IMG/VR virus record: IMGVR_UViG_3300045988_112927 | Span: 1-56,518 of that record | Length of the DNA: 56,518 nucleotides | Source of the DNA: a virus | Reading direction: 5' to 3' (one strand) | In this document: positions 8,751 to 18,200 of the stretch, one piece after another | Position numbering within the stretch: position 1 is the stretch's first letter | Layout of the letters: every line of letters begins with the position of its first letter | Notes under the pieces: generated by a model | Told to the model about the DNA's origin: nothing | The model's database searches: none | The model's input: only the letters and a program-made list of their open reading frames with translations | Translations under genes and position numbers: made by a program

Positions 8751-9266
8751 ATGGCTAATTTTATTCAAGTGGCGAATAAAAACGTTTTAACCAATCTGCG
8801 AAATCACGAAATAGGCGAACTTGCTTATGTTACAGATGAAAAGAAAATGTATGTATATAATGGCGAATGGGAAATAATGGAATCTGATGATAGCTCATTA
8901 TCAATTCCATTATATGAAATGAATAAAATGATATTAAGTGAATTACCGGCATTAAATGATGAAGAAATAGAAAAAGCAAAAGCTGTTATTCGTGAATATG
9001 TTTCAAATAATGCAGATGATTATTATATGTTATTATGCCATGAATTAAAGTATTTTACAGTATTTGCACAAGATGAATATTGTGATGTAGATGAAACTAT
9101 TGAAAATGTTATTTTTGATTGCCTAAATTATGTTGGAACTGTTAAATCTGTTGAATTATCAAAAGATGGTGGAGCCATTGAAATTTGGGTAACAACACCA
9201 GAAGACGATACATATGTCATGTATTTGTTTGATTATGGAAGGGGAATCGTACCATGCAGAATTTAG
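8751..9266 (+). CDS. hypothetical protein: N-terminal module shared with the tail-fibre N-termini, plus an acidic C-terminal domain
   Basis: MANFIQV...IGELAYVTDEKKMYVYNGEWEI aligns with the 2050-aa fibre N-terminus MANVKFL...EGSLYVTAEKVGTEW...YLYYDTNGERI. The remainder is DE-rich with no known motif. Confidence 0.5.
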   Translation: MANFIQVANKNVLTNLRNHEIGELAYVTDEKKMYVYNGEWEIMESDDSSLSIPLYEMNKMILSELPALNDEEIEKAKAVIREYVSNNADDYYMLLCHELKYFTVFAQDEYCDVDETIENVIFDCLNYVGTVKSVELSKDGGAIEIWVTTPEDDTYVMYLFDYGRGIVPCRI

Positions 9267-9532
9267 TATTTTGTAAAATCAATTTATTCGATGCTCTTCA
9301 AACCGTTATGCTAGTTAATGAGAGCGGTGCTACAGAGCTCGCGCACGTTGATTTACAGAACTTAGGACATACGATTGCTTCTGTATGTAATGAAGAAAAA
9401 GTGTTCAATGTGCGTCTTAATGGTAGTAGAGAGTATACTGAAAGTATTGCTGATGATATTAGAGTAGCTAATACATTTATGTATCATTCAAATCACGAAA
9501 TAAATATCGAGGTATCAGTAGAAGGAGAGTAA
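9254..9532 (+). CDS. hypothetical protein (92 aa)
   Basis: The ORF overlaps the upstream gene by 13 nt. No motif recognised. Confidence 0.45.
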   Translation: MQNLVFCKINLFDALQTVMLVNESGATELAHVDLQNLGHTIASVCNEEKVFNVRLNGSREYTESIADDIRVANTFMYHSNHEINIEVSVEGE

Positions 9533-9533
9533 A

Positions 9534-9779
9534 ATGAAATATTTAGTATCAACAACAGAAGTGTATAGAGTAGGAACTGTAGAAGAAGTAGAGGCTCTTC
9601 ATGAGGAACTAAAAAATGATGCAAGATTTACTTTAGTTTCTTTTAGTTATAAATATAAATGCCAGAAGCAAAAAGGTGAAATCATTGATGAGTGGCAACA
9701 GGTAACTGTTAAGAAAGAGTTCAATGAAGAGAAAAACCCTTGCACAGAAGTAGAAATTAATTATGAGGTGAAATTCTAA
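9534..9779 (+). CDS. hypothetical protein (81 aa)
   Basis: The ORF is tightly packed, and its stop overlaps the next start (TAATG). No motif recognised. Confidence 0.45.
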   Translation: MKYLVSTTEVYRVGTVEEVEALHEELKNDARFTLVSFSYKYKCQKQKGEIIDEWQQVTVKKEFNEEKNPCTEVEINYEVKF

Positions 9780-10339
9780 TGGCAAAGTTTGAAAAAGTAT
9801 CAAGAATGGCTGATGTTGATTTTGAAATGCCAAGACGTAAAACTGCGCAAAGTGCTGGATATGATATGGTTGTAGCAGAAGATGTTACTATTTATCCTGC
9901 ATTTGAGTTAATCCAAAAGATGGCAGATACTTATGACCATAAAGTATACAGTTTGGAAGAGATTGCGGCAATGACAAAATCAATTCAAGCAAAACCAACT
10001 TTGGTATCTACTGGAGTTAAATGTAAAATGGATGGAGACACTTATCTTGAACTTAGTGTTCGCAGTTCTTGTCCATTAAAGCATTGGTTAATGTTGGCTA
10101 ACAGCGTTGGTATTATTGACGCAGATTATTATAATAACTCAGATAATGAGGGAGAAATTTTCTTCCAGTTCATTAATTTGAGTCCTTTCCCAATTCGATT
10201 AAAAAAAGGAGAAGCTATTGGTCAAGGTATTATCAAGCCTTATATTAAGACTGAAGATGATACTGCGAATGGTTTGCGCGAAGGTGGCTTTGGTTCTACC
10301 GATAGCGCAGCTCAACCGACCTTAGCTCCAGCAACCTAA
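9779..10339 (+). CDS. dut: dUTP diphosphatase (trimeric dUTPase family) with an insertion between motifs I and II
   Basis: Motif I is SAGYDM. Motif III is GIIDADYYN..GEI. The motif IV-like block is AIGQGII. Motif V is REGGFGSTD. At 186 aa it is about 35-50 aa longer than minimal dUTPases. Confidence 0.75.
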   Translation: MAKFEKVSRMADVDFEMPRRKTAQSAGYDMVVAEDVTIYPAFELIQKMADTYDHKVYSLEEIAAMTKSIQAKPTLVSTGVKCKMDGDTYLELSVRSSCPLKHWLMLANSVGIIDADYYNNSDNEGEIFFQFINLSPFPIRLKKGEAIGQGIIKPYIKTEDDTANGLREGGFGSTDSAAQPTLAPAT

Positions 10340-10845
10340 TGTCTAATTTATTAGCACTGGACCAAGCAAGTGTCACATCAGGATACGCCGTTTTTAAAGA
10401 CGGCGTTCTTGTTGATTATGGCAAATTTACTTTTGATGATGACATTGGAGACCGTTTAGTTAAAATAAGAAATAAAGTTCTTGCTTTAATTAAATCACAT
10501 GATATTAACGAAGTAGCTTTTGAAGATATTCAAATGCAATCCAATGTTATGAATAATGTCCAAACATTTAAAGTATTATCTGAGGTATTTGGAGTTATTC
10601 AAGAGTTAATTACAGAATTGGGAATAAAATATACAGTTGTACCATCTGCCACATGGAAGTCGACTCTAAATATCAAAGGACGCACTCGTCCGGAACAAAA
10701 GCGGAATGCGCAAGCTTATGTTTTAGAAACTTATAATGTTAAGGCTATACAAGATGTTTGTGATGCTATATGTATTGGTACTCACGTACTAAAAAGACCA
10801 GGTGTAGGAACCGTTTCGACTGATGGATATGATTGGTCTGATTAG
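10339..10845 (+). CDS. RuvC-like Holliday junction resolvase (phage-type)
   Basis: The N-terminus LALDQASVTSGYAVF places the catalytic Asp in the RuvC position. AFEDIQ supplies a Glu. The C-terminal DAICIG matches RuvC architecture. The start overlaps the dut stop (TAATG). Confidence 0.7.
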   Translation: MSNLLALDQASVTSGYAVFKDGVLVDYGKFTFDDDIGDRLVKIRNKVLALIKSHDINEVAFEDIQMQSNVMNNVQTFKVLSEVFGVIQELITELGIKYTVVPSATWKSTLNIKGRTRPEQKRNAQAYVLETYNVKAIQDVCDAICIGTHVLKRPGVGTVSTDGYDWSD

Positions 10846-10910
10846 TTAAAACTTACTCCTTCTATTTTTATATACTTAGAGAGGTATTATTGGGAATAGG
10901 AGGATTAAAT

Positions 10911-11357
10911 ATGGAATTTTTCTTAGAACACATTTTAGAAATCATATTTGGTCTAATCTCCGCTGGTGCTTTAGCCTTTTGTAAACATTTAGCTAACCAA
11001 CTGAAGGATTATAAAAAGCTTTTAGCAGCTCAAGATGTGAGTGAATCAAAAGCGCTGATTCAAAATGAAATAGTTCCATTGTCTAAAAAAATTGATGAAT
11101 TTAAAGTGATACTTCAAGAACATGAAGAAATTTCTTTACATCGTATAGAAATGATTGTTGAAATGTATCGCTTTGATTTAATTCAATCTTGTAAACATTA
11201 TTTACGACAAGGCTATATGACACAAGACCAATATGACCAACTTACCGAATTATATAAAGTCTACCATGGCTTAGGTGGAAATGGTCAGGCTCAGGAATAC
11301 TTTGAGAAAACAGCAGACCTTCCAATTCATAATAATGAGGAAGAATCGGAAAAATGA
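10911..11357 (+). CDS. single-pass membrane protein with coiled-coil C-terminus (function unknown; possible lysis or membrane-associated factor)
   Basis: The start is placed at the ATG at 10911, served by AGGAGG at 10898-10903 with 7-nt spacing. The ORF track's 10890 is a TTG. The hydrophobic segment is ILEIIFGLISAGALAF, followed by a charged helical region. Confidence 0.5.
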   Translation: MEFFLEHILEIIFGLISAGALAFCKHLANQLKDYKKLLAAQDVSESKALIQNEIVPLSKKIDEFKVILQEHEEISLHRIEMIVEMYRFDLIQSCKHYLRQGYMTQDQYDQLTELYKVYHGLGGNGQAQEYFEKTADLPIHNNEEESEK

Positions 11358-11402
11358 AAAAGGGCGTAACCTATATTATTTATAATAGGTTACGCCCTTT
11401 TT
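11357..11402. terminator. bidirectional rho-independent terminator at the convergence of the + and - modules
   Basis: AAAAAGGGCGTAACCTAT - 10-nt loop - ATAGGTTACGCCCTTTTT. The 14-bp GC-containing stem is flanked by an A5 run on one side and a T5 run on the other. It sits between the stops at 11357 (+) and 11404 (-). Confidence 0.7.
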
Positions 11403-11403
11403 C

Positions 11404-11808
11404 TTATTTATCAACTTGAATTTTATTTACATTTACACTTGCTTCAATTTGAGAAGTAATGTAAGCATTCAAATCTCCAAAAGCTTCAGATAAATATTCT
11501 TTTGCATCATCACTTAAGATTCCAAGTACAGCTTCTAATGTAGTATTAAAAGCAATCTTTTGCGCTTCTGCATCAAATTTACCCTGTTTCTTTAAAGACT
11601 CTACATATGTCTGATTAGTTGCTAACACACAAGCAGAAATTGTATCTGCTAACATTGTTGTGTATTTGTCAATCAAAGCGTTATCAGACTCTTCTACAAT
11701 TTTTGCACTTTTAACTTGAATGTATTTAACTAGATAAGTAGTTAAAACAGCAAGCAAAGGAATAATACATACCTCAAAAATTTGAGATAACATTTCTAAC
11801 CAATCCAT
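11404..11808 (-). CDS. holin-like small membrane protein (single N-terminal TM), last gene of the structural operon
   Basis: 134-aa ORF. The TM is CIIPLLAVLTTYLV, followed by a long hydrophilic helical tail. The RBS GAGGAGG is present. It sits at the operon end, where lysis genes typically lie. The assignment is tentative. Confidence 0.4.
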   Translation of the reverse strand: MDWLEMLSQIFEVCIIPLLAVLTTYLVKYIQVKSAKIVEESDNALIDKYTTMLADTISACVLATNQTYVESLKKQGKFDAEAQKIAFNTTLEAVLGILSDDAKEYLSEAFGDLNAYITSQIEASVNVNKIQVDK

Positions 11809-11814
11809 GAATAA

Positions 11815-12186
11815 TTAAGCCTCCTCTTTTTTAATAATCATAGTAGCAGAAACTCCATACTCAATTCCACTAAATTCACCTTCTGATTCAGCTATATCAT
11901 GTAGATTGATTAAACAAGAATTAAACTGAGTAAAATTAGTGCTTTCATATACGATACTTCCTTCCTCATTTTTTACAGTAATTTTTTGAATAGAATCTGG
12001 AATACAAAAATCACTAAGTTCTAAAAGAGTATCATTTTTTACTTGCGCACTATCAGCATCATATAAAGATAAATTTAAGTTTCGAGTTTTATTACCACGA
12101 GAATCTACTGCTATATTTTCTGTTAATTTGCCAATAGGATAGGTTTTTGAACTATCCTCGTTAATTATCAAATAATATTTTAGCAT
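11815..12186 (-). CDS. hypothetical protein (123 aa)
   Basis: An ATG start with AGGAGGG 7 nt upstream, driven by the consensus promoter at 12211-12239. No recognisable domain. Confidence 0.45.
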   Translation of the reverse strand: MLKYYLIINEDSSKTYPIGKLTENIAVDSRGNKTRNLNLSLYDADSAQVKNDTLLELSDFCIPDSIQKITVKNEEGSIVYESTNFTQFNSCLINLHDIAESEGEFSGIEYGVSATMIIKKEEA

Positions 12187-12210
12187 CTTAGTCCCTCCTA
12201 TTTTAGTTAT

Positions 12211-12239
12211 ATTATATCAAAAAATTTGGATAAAGTCAA
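12211..12239 (-). promoter_or_regulatory. consensus sigma70/SigA-type promoter on the minus strand (TTGACT - 17 - TATAAT)
   Basis: On the minus strand, TTGACT is the reverse complement of 12234-12239. A 17-nt spacer contains T6. TATAAT is the reverse complement of 12211-12216. The -35 lies inside the hairpin at the fibre gene's stop. Confidence 0.5.
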
Positions 12240-12255
12240 GTTTTTACTTGACTTT
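12232..12255 (-). terminator. hairpin spanning the stop codon of the 2050-aa fibre gene (10-bp stem, T-run downstream on the minus strand)
   Basis: AAAGTCAAGT (12232-12241) pairs with ACTTGACTTT (12246-12255). The fibre stop codon (12244-12246) is in the loop. On the minus strand the stem is followed by AUCCAAAUUUUUUG. Confidence 0.4.
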
Positions 12256-15200
12256 AATCCAAATTCGTCCGTTTACTTTAACCGGGTCTCTATCAGAGCC
12301 TTCTCCTCCACCCCACTCTTCATAAGTAGGAACGCAAGATACAGTACCAACGATTCTATCAGGATAATTAATAATTTCTTCACGAGTCATAATATCGACC
12401 GTTCCGCCCGGAGCGGCGCAAACACAATCACCAGGTTTATAATTATTTCTATCTTGATAAGTATATACAAGAACACGACCTGCTACTGCTATTGGAGTTT
12501 TAGCCTTTTCAGTCTCGCCTTGAGAGAATCCCCATGTATCTGAAGAAACACCGGCGAAATGTTGAAGTCTTTCAGTTGTTTTGGTTAAACTATCTTTTCC
12601 AGTTTCAGTTAATACATATCCATATTCGGTTGTATCAGCTTCTCGACACTCTGCGTAGTCATTCCATACTGCGCCAGTTACTGAATTACCTTCAATCCAA
12701 ATTCTCTTCCATGCATCTGCAGTTCCTGAGCGTACTGCACGATACCATAATTGGAAATGGTTTGGGTTACAGAAAATTTCTTGCCAGTAAGTAGTTCCCC
12801 ATGACATTCTTAATACTTGGACATTTGCTACAGAACCATTTTCATCACCATTACCAGCTGGGAAACTCCATAAGTTTCTGTTATTAGAACTACCTGCATA
12901 AGCATTACCAGCTGCCGTTCCCAAAGGAATTTGACCTGAAAAGTAGGTTAAAGTCTGATTATAAGCTGGAGCGCTTTGATTTGCTTTTACTTCAGTTGCC
13001 GGACCATTGAATTTAGCGGCTATAACGGTACCATTCGTCATGTCAACTTTAAAACGTTCATTAGCACCATCATGTAATCTAAAATAATTATCATAACTAT
13101 CTATACAAATTGTTTTATAAGAAGATGTCGCAGGATTTAATTTTATCTCTCCGCCTTCATGAGCAGTGTTTTGTGCAGTTACCGTTAAATATGTTGTAGT
13201 TAAAGCACCAGTCATGGTGTCTCCAGACTTTTTAACATAACGACCATCAAGAGTATTCATATATGTTGCAGTATTTAACAAAGTACCACTTGAAGCTGGC
13301 AAATAATTAGTATAATTAGCATCAGAGGTTGTAGCTATTAATGCATTATACCCTTCTCCTGCGCTATATAAATAAATTTCTCCTCTTTGGTTTCCTGTAG
13401 TTTCGTTAACTTTATAAGCATTACCAAGAGTCATTCTCATAAAACCTATATTGGCGGCTTGATAATAATAGTAACATCTTAATCTTGCTCCATCAGAGCT
13501 GTAAATTTGTCCATCGGTACTATTTATAAGAGGTAAATACCAGTTAACATCTTGATTTGCTGTTCTTGTAGTAGAATATACAAGTCTACCAAGATGAACT
13601 CCCATATAACCAGAAGCATTGGGAATCGTTACGGTTCTATTAGAAGTAGCAACTGCGGACTGAATATTAGTATATGCTGTTCTAGTACCATAAATCCATA
13701 AATTTCCTCTGGCATTATGAGCACCGCTTGTAGAAGCTACATCTTTATTATTACCAATTCTTAATACCATAACACCAGCAGTACCATTTGTAGTTGTAAC
13801 AGTGCCATCTGAGGCAGTAGATTGAGTTGCGGCTGTACCTATTTTAGATACATACATACCTAAAGTTTCAACAGAAGATTCTCTAAACCATAATCCAACA
13901 TTAATTGCAGCAACATCTATATAAGTATTACCATTAAATGAAGATGTTCCCTTTACATATAGCTTATGTCCAAAGTCTACCCCACCAATGCTTACATTAT
14001 TCAGATGTGCTTGCGCGCTACTGTTAACATAGTAAGTTGTTCCATTGGCAAAATATGTAATACCATTATGAGTAACATTGCCATCAAATTTAGTGGTACC
14101 ATTTACATATAATCTATATGAAGTGTTTCTACTAGTTTGTCCAAGAGCTAAATATGGTAGTGAAGCAGCTCCTGTTGTATGGTCCATGATTAAACCATAC
14201 ACCGAATAAGTAGTTTGTTTTGCACTATTATAATTACATCTAATAGAGAATACTCCACCCTCATTAGCTAATTGCCAAGAAGCATTTCCACCTCTCCATA
14301 ACTCAATACCGACATTACCACTACCACCATTTAATTCAGAACTTACGATTAATTGTCCAGTTACATTCGATGAACTAGATGCGTTACCTTCAATTCTTAA
14401 TCTACCAGTATTAGAACTTAATGACATTCTTGCTGTTGGCTTAGTTGTTGCTGCAACACTAGCATTAGAAGTAGCCTCCCAAATCCATCCATATCCTGCG
14501 GCATTCTCAATTAAACTTCTTCTTGCCCATGAAGTAACTTCTGTCGTCGTAGATGGCTTTCCATTAGTAGGACATAATCCATCTTGTGGGTCAGACATAT
14601 AATCTACCCATGTATAATAATTAGGATGATACCAATAGATACGACCATTAGTATTCCCACCAGCTCTGTTGAGCATCAATCTATTTCCACTAATATATCC
14701 AAGACCACTAATAGAAGCAACGTTAGTTGAACCTCTTTTGAAAATCCAACCTCTATTACCTGTATCACTCATAGTGAAATAAGTAGCCCAGTCGCTAGTT
14801 ACATATGAATGAGTTCCCGCACTTGAAGTCTGTCTAAAATAAATAGCATAGCTTGAAGATGCATTATATAAAGTAATACCGCCATCACTACCAGAGCCAC
14901 CCATATTAGTATGTAACCATCTTGTGTACATACCATTAAAATAGTTACCTGAAGTACCAATAGATTGAGCATTAGCTTGCCCAACTTCTGCTTTAACTGG
15001 AATTACAGCACCAGCAGTGGTAACTTGTATACCAATTCTATTTGCTATAGTATCTGCATTAGCTTCAATATTAACAGCACCATCTGCTAATAAATATAAA
15101 ACCTCTGTTCCACCTGCAACTGACATGCTTTGCGCAGACTCTCCGGCGCCAATAATAGTAACTCCACCACCACCAATAGAAATACCATTGCCGTGAGCAT

Positions 15201-18200
15201 CTGAAGTATTATCGATAACTCTAATTAAAGAAGTTGTAGCTTGAGTACCAATAGCATAAATGTTTCCATTCTTTGGTAAATATACATTTCCGTTTAAGTA
15301 TGAGGTTCCTTGCACATATAAATTATATCCGATGTTTGCGGCGCCACCGACACTTACAATAGGTAAAAATGTATGACCTGAACTATTGATATAATATGTA
15401 GAACCTCCTGCAAAATAAGCAGTACCATGAGTTCTAGTACCATTTGTAAAGATTTCAAATCTTGTTTTTGGAACTGTTGAATCACACACTGCAGTCCAAG
15501 AACCACTTACAGCAGTTTCGTATGTTTGGAATAAATGACCTGCGGCTACATGACGAATTCTGTCTGGACCCGAACCATTTACAGCAGTCATTGAAGATGT
15601 AGAACCCATGTCATTACCTTTAAATAAAAGTAATTCAGAAGATTCACTATCACCCCATCTGTTTTCACCGATATAAGTATGATTAAAACTTCCGGCTCCA
15701 TCACCAGTAGTACCATAGAATGCAATATAGTTGGTATCTCCGTTCGCATTATTACCAACTCTTAATCCATTATTAAAAGTAGCAGTACTATTTACTGTTA
15801 AAGTATTAAATTTTGCATTAGCAGAATTATCAATATAATATGTCGTACCATTAGCAAAATATAATATACCATTAAATAAACTGTTATCTGTAACTTTTAA
15901 AGCGTAATTAGTATCTGGCGCAACCCTAATTCCAACTGAACGAGCGAAATAACCATCACCACTTGAATTAGCATAAAAAGTTGAACCACCCGTTTTAAAT
16001 TGAGTGGTCGCATTAAATGTATACGCAAATACTTCTTTCCATCTTGTACCAGTTGTACCAATATCCTGAGCATTATTAGATGTAGCCAATGGAACACCAG
16101 GAAATATTGTATTACCAGAACCATTTAATAATGTTAATGTGCGTTTTACTGTAGCAAAAACCCCACTATATTGACGAACATGAATTGGTTCATTGTAATC
16201 ATCAGCCGTAGCAATTTCCAAATAACCACCATTTGAAGCGGTTGCTCCTGCTCGAATTCTTGCATAATCATTATCGCCAACAGTCCATTGAATGCCTTTA
16301 GCTAGACCAGAAGATATATTAGGGAAATAAATCATTCCTGTAAATGTTTTATCTCCTGCAATAGTTTGTGCGGCGTTGGTTATTACGCCCGCAGAACTAG
16401 CACTAGCGACCGGAACGTTGATTGCCGCAAGGTCAGCACCAGTACCATCCTTATATGTCAAAGTTACTGTAGTTCCAGTGCTACTAAATGCCATAGAAGA
16501 AACATATTTTGAAGAAATAGTATTTCCTCTATCATCAGCATATGCTCGAGCAGCCATACCTTCTACTACATCAACAATCAATTTTGCAAAACCAGAAGTA
16601 GAAACCTTATTAGTTGCATTAGCTACAATAGTTGCCCATGTATCTGTTGCCCCTGGGTTAAATTTGAATTTATCATTCTTAACTGGAGTTCCAACATTAC
16701 TACTATGAGAAAACCATACATTACGTGCGCTATTGCCAGTATTATTTTCAATACCAGAGTAATTAAAACCGCTTGCCTTTTGGATTGTTAAAGAACCATT
16801 AGAGTCAAGAGTTTTTGCGCCAGTTAGTGTTTGCGCTCCGGTCGTAATAGCGCCAGCCGCACTAGCACTTGCAGTAGGAAAATCAACAGTAGCCTTTAAT
16901 GCTCCACTTCCACTATATAGATTAACAACAACTTTAGTTGTTTTATTTGTAGTACCATCAAATCCAATATTAGCTAAATAATGTGTTTTGAACACATTAT
17001 TCATATCATCAGTTTTAGCTCCATCTGCACTTGAAGCATGATTTGCTTCTTGAACAGTAGCACCATCACTTGCTACAATAGTATTTGTGTATGTAACACC
17101 TAATTTTGTAGCACCATCTGAAATTGATGTATAACACTCTGTTGAAGTTTTTTTATCAGCAGAAGTAGTATTATCAACTTCAGTAGAACTAATTAAAGTC
17201 CAACTTCTACTACCTTGTAATTGATAAACAGTACATCTAGGCCAAGTACCAACTTTATAATATAAATCTGCTAATGAATTACCTGATGTATTTCTTAATC
17301 CAATTTGTAAAGCATCTTTTGATATATTATATCTATATAACCATTTAATAGTAGCATTAGCAGTATTGCCAGTAGAAATATTATTAGTTCTTAAAGAAAC
17401 TTTAGCTACACCATATCCTCCGCCATCATAACTATGACGAATTGCAATTATCATTTCTTTATCATTATAACTAGCTGTTACATTGCCAGTAGTTGCAATT
17501 CTATGCCAAGGATAATTAGCAGTATTACCTCCACCAACAGAACAAGAATAACTTCTTGCATTTAAAGTAACATTTTTACTTCCGTCAATAGTTACAACAC
17601 CTTGCAAATCTTCAGCTAAAGTAATATTTCTAGCATTAAGCCATTTATCTGCAGTAGCCGCATTACCATTTAAACTACCAGTTACATTACCATTTAATGC
17701 ACCATTAAAAGTTGTTGCATTAATAGTAATACCATAAATAATCTTCCAACGTAATTTATCAGTACCAAGACTCAGACTGTTATCTGCTTTTGGTTGAACA
17801 TTTCCACCAAATTGTGTAGTACCACCATCATTATTGATATAAATAATTGAAGCAGTAGTGCCATTTGATTTGGCTTGAATTTCATTAGCATCTATAGCAA
17901 TATGCGAACCAGTAGGCGAACCGATTAATAAAGAGCCAGAGTTTGCTGTAGCTGCGGCAGCGTCGATTCCACCGGTAATAACTACCTGACCCGTAAAAGT
18001 CTTTTTACCAGCAAAAGTCTGCGCGCCGGTAATCACAGTTCCGGCCGTAGTAGCTGAAGCAACCGGCATTAATATAGTCGTAGTATTACCATCACCTTTG
18101 GTATAAGTTAAAGTTACACCATCTGTGCTAGCATACTTTGTTCCTTCCATAGAAATTGCTTTTATGTACGTTTGAGCAATATTTTGGTTTCTGTCATCCT

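Noticed and set aside
10890-10910. TTG start at 10890 given by the ORF track for the membrane protein
   Set aside because: The ATG at 10911 is preceded by a near-perfect AGGAGG at 7-nt spacing, whereas the TTG has none. The annotated start was moved to 10911.
12244-12700. Self-cleaving intramolecular chaperone (peptidase S74-like) domain at the C-terminus of the 2050-aa fibre
   Set aside because: The C-terminal ~150 aa are a distinct domain, but I could not find the Ser-Lys dyad motif context with confidence. It is left unassigned.
16376-16708. This and many other 60-150-aa ORFs that are antisense or out of frame within the giant structural genes (for example 14799-14984, 15897-16124, 22832-23050, 34863-35051, 51783-51977)
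   Set aside because: They are fully embedded in long, well-supported coding regions and have no RBS. Their compositions are low-complexity, as expected by chance in long AT-rich ORFs.
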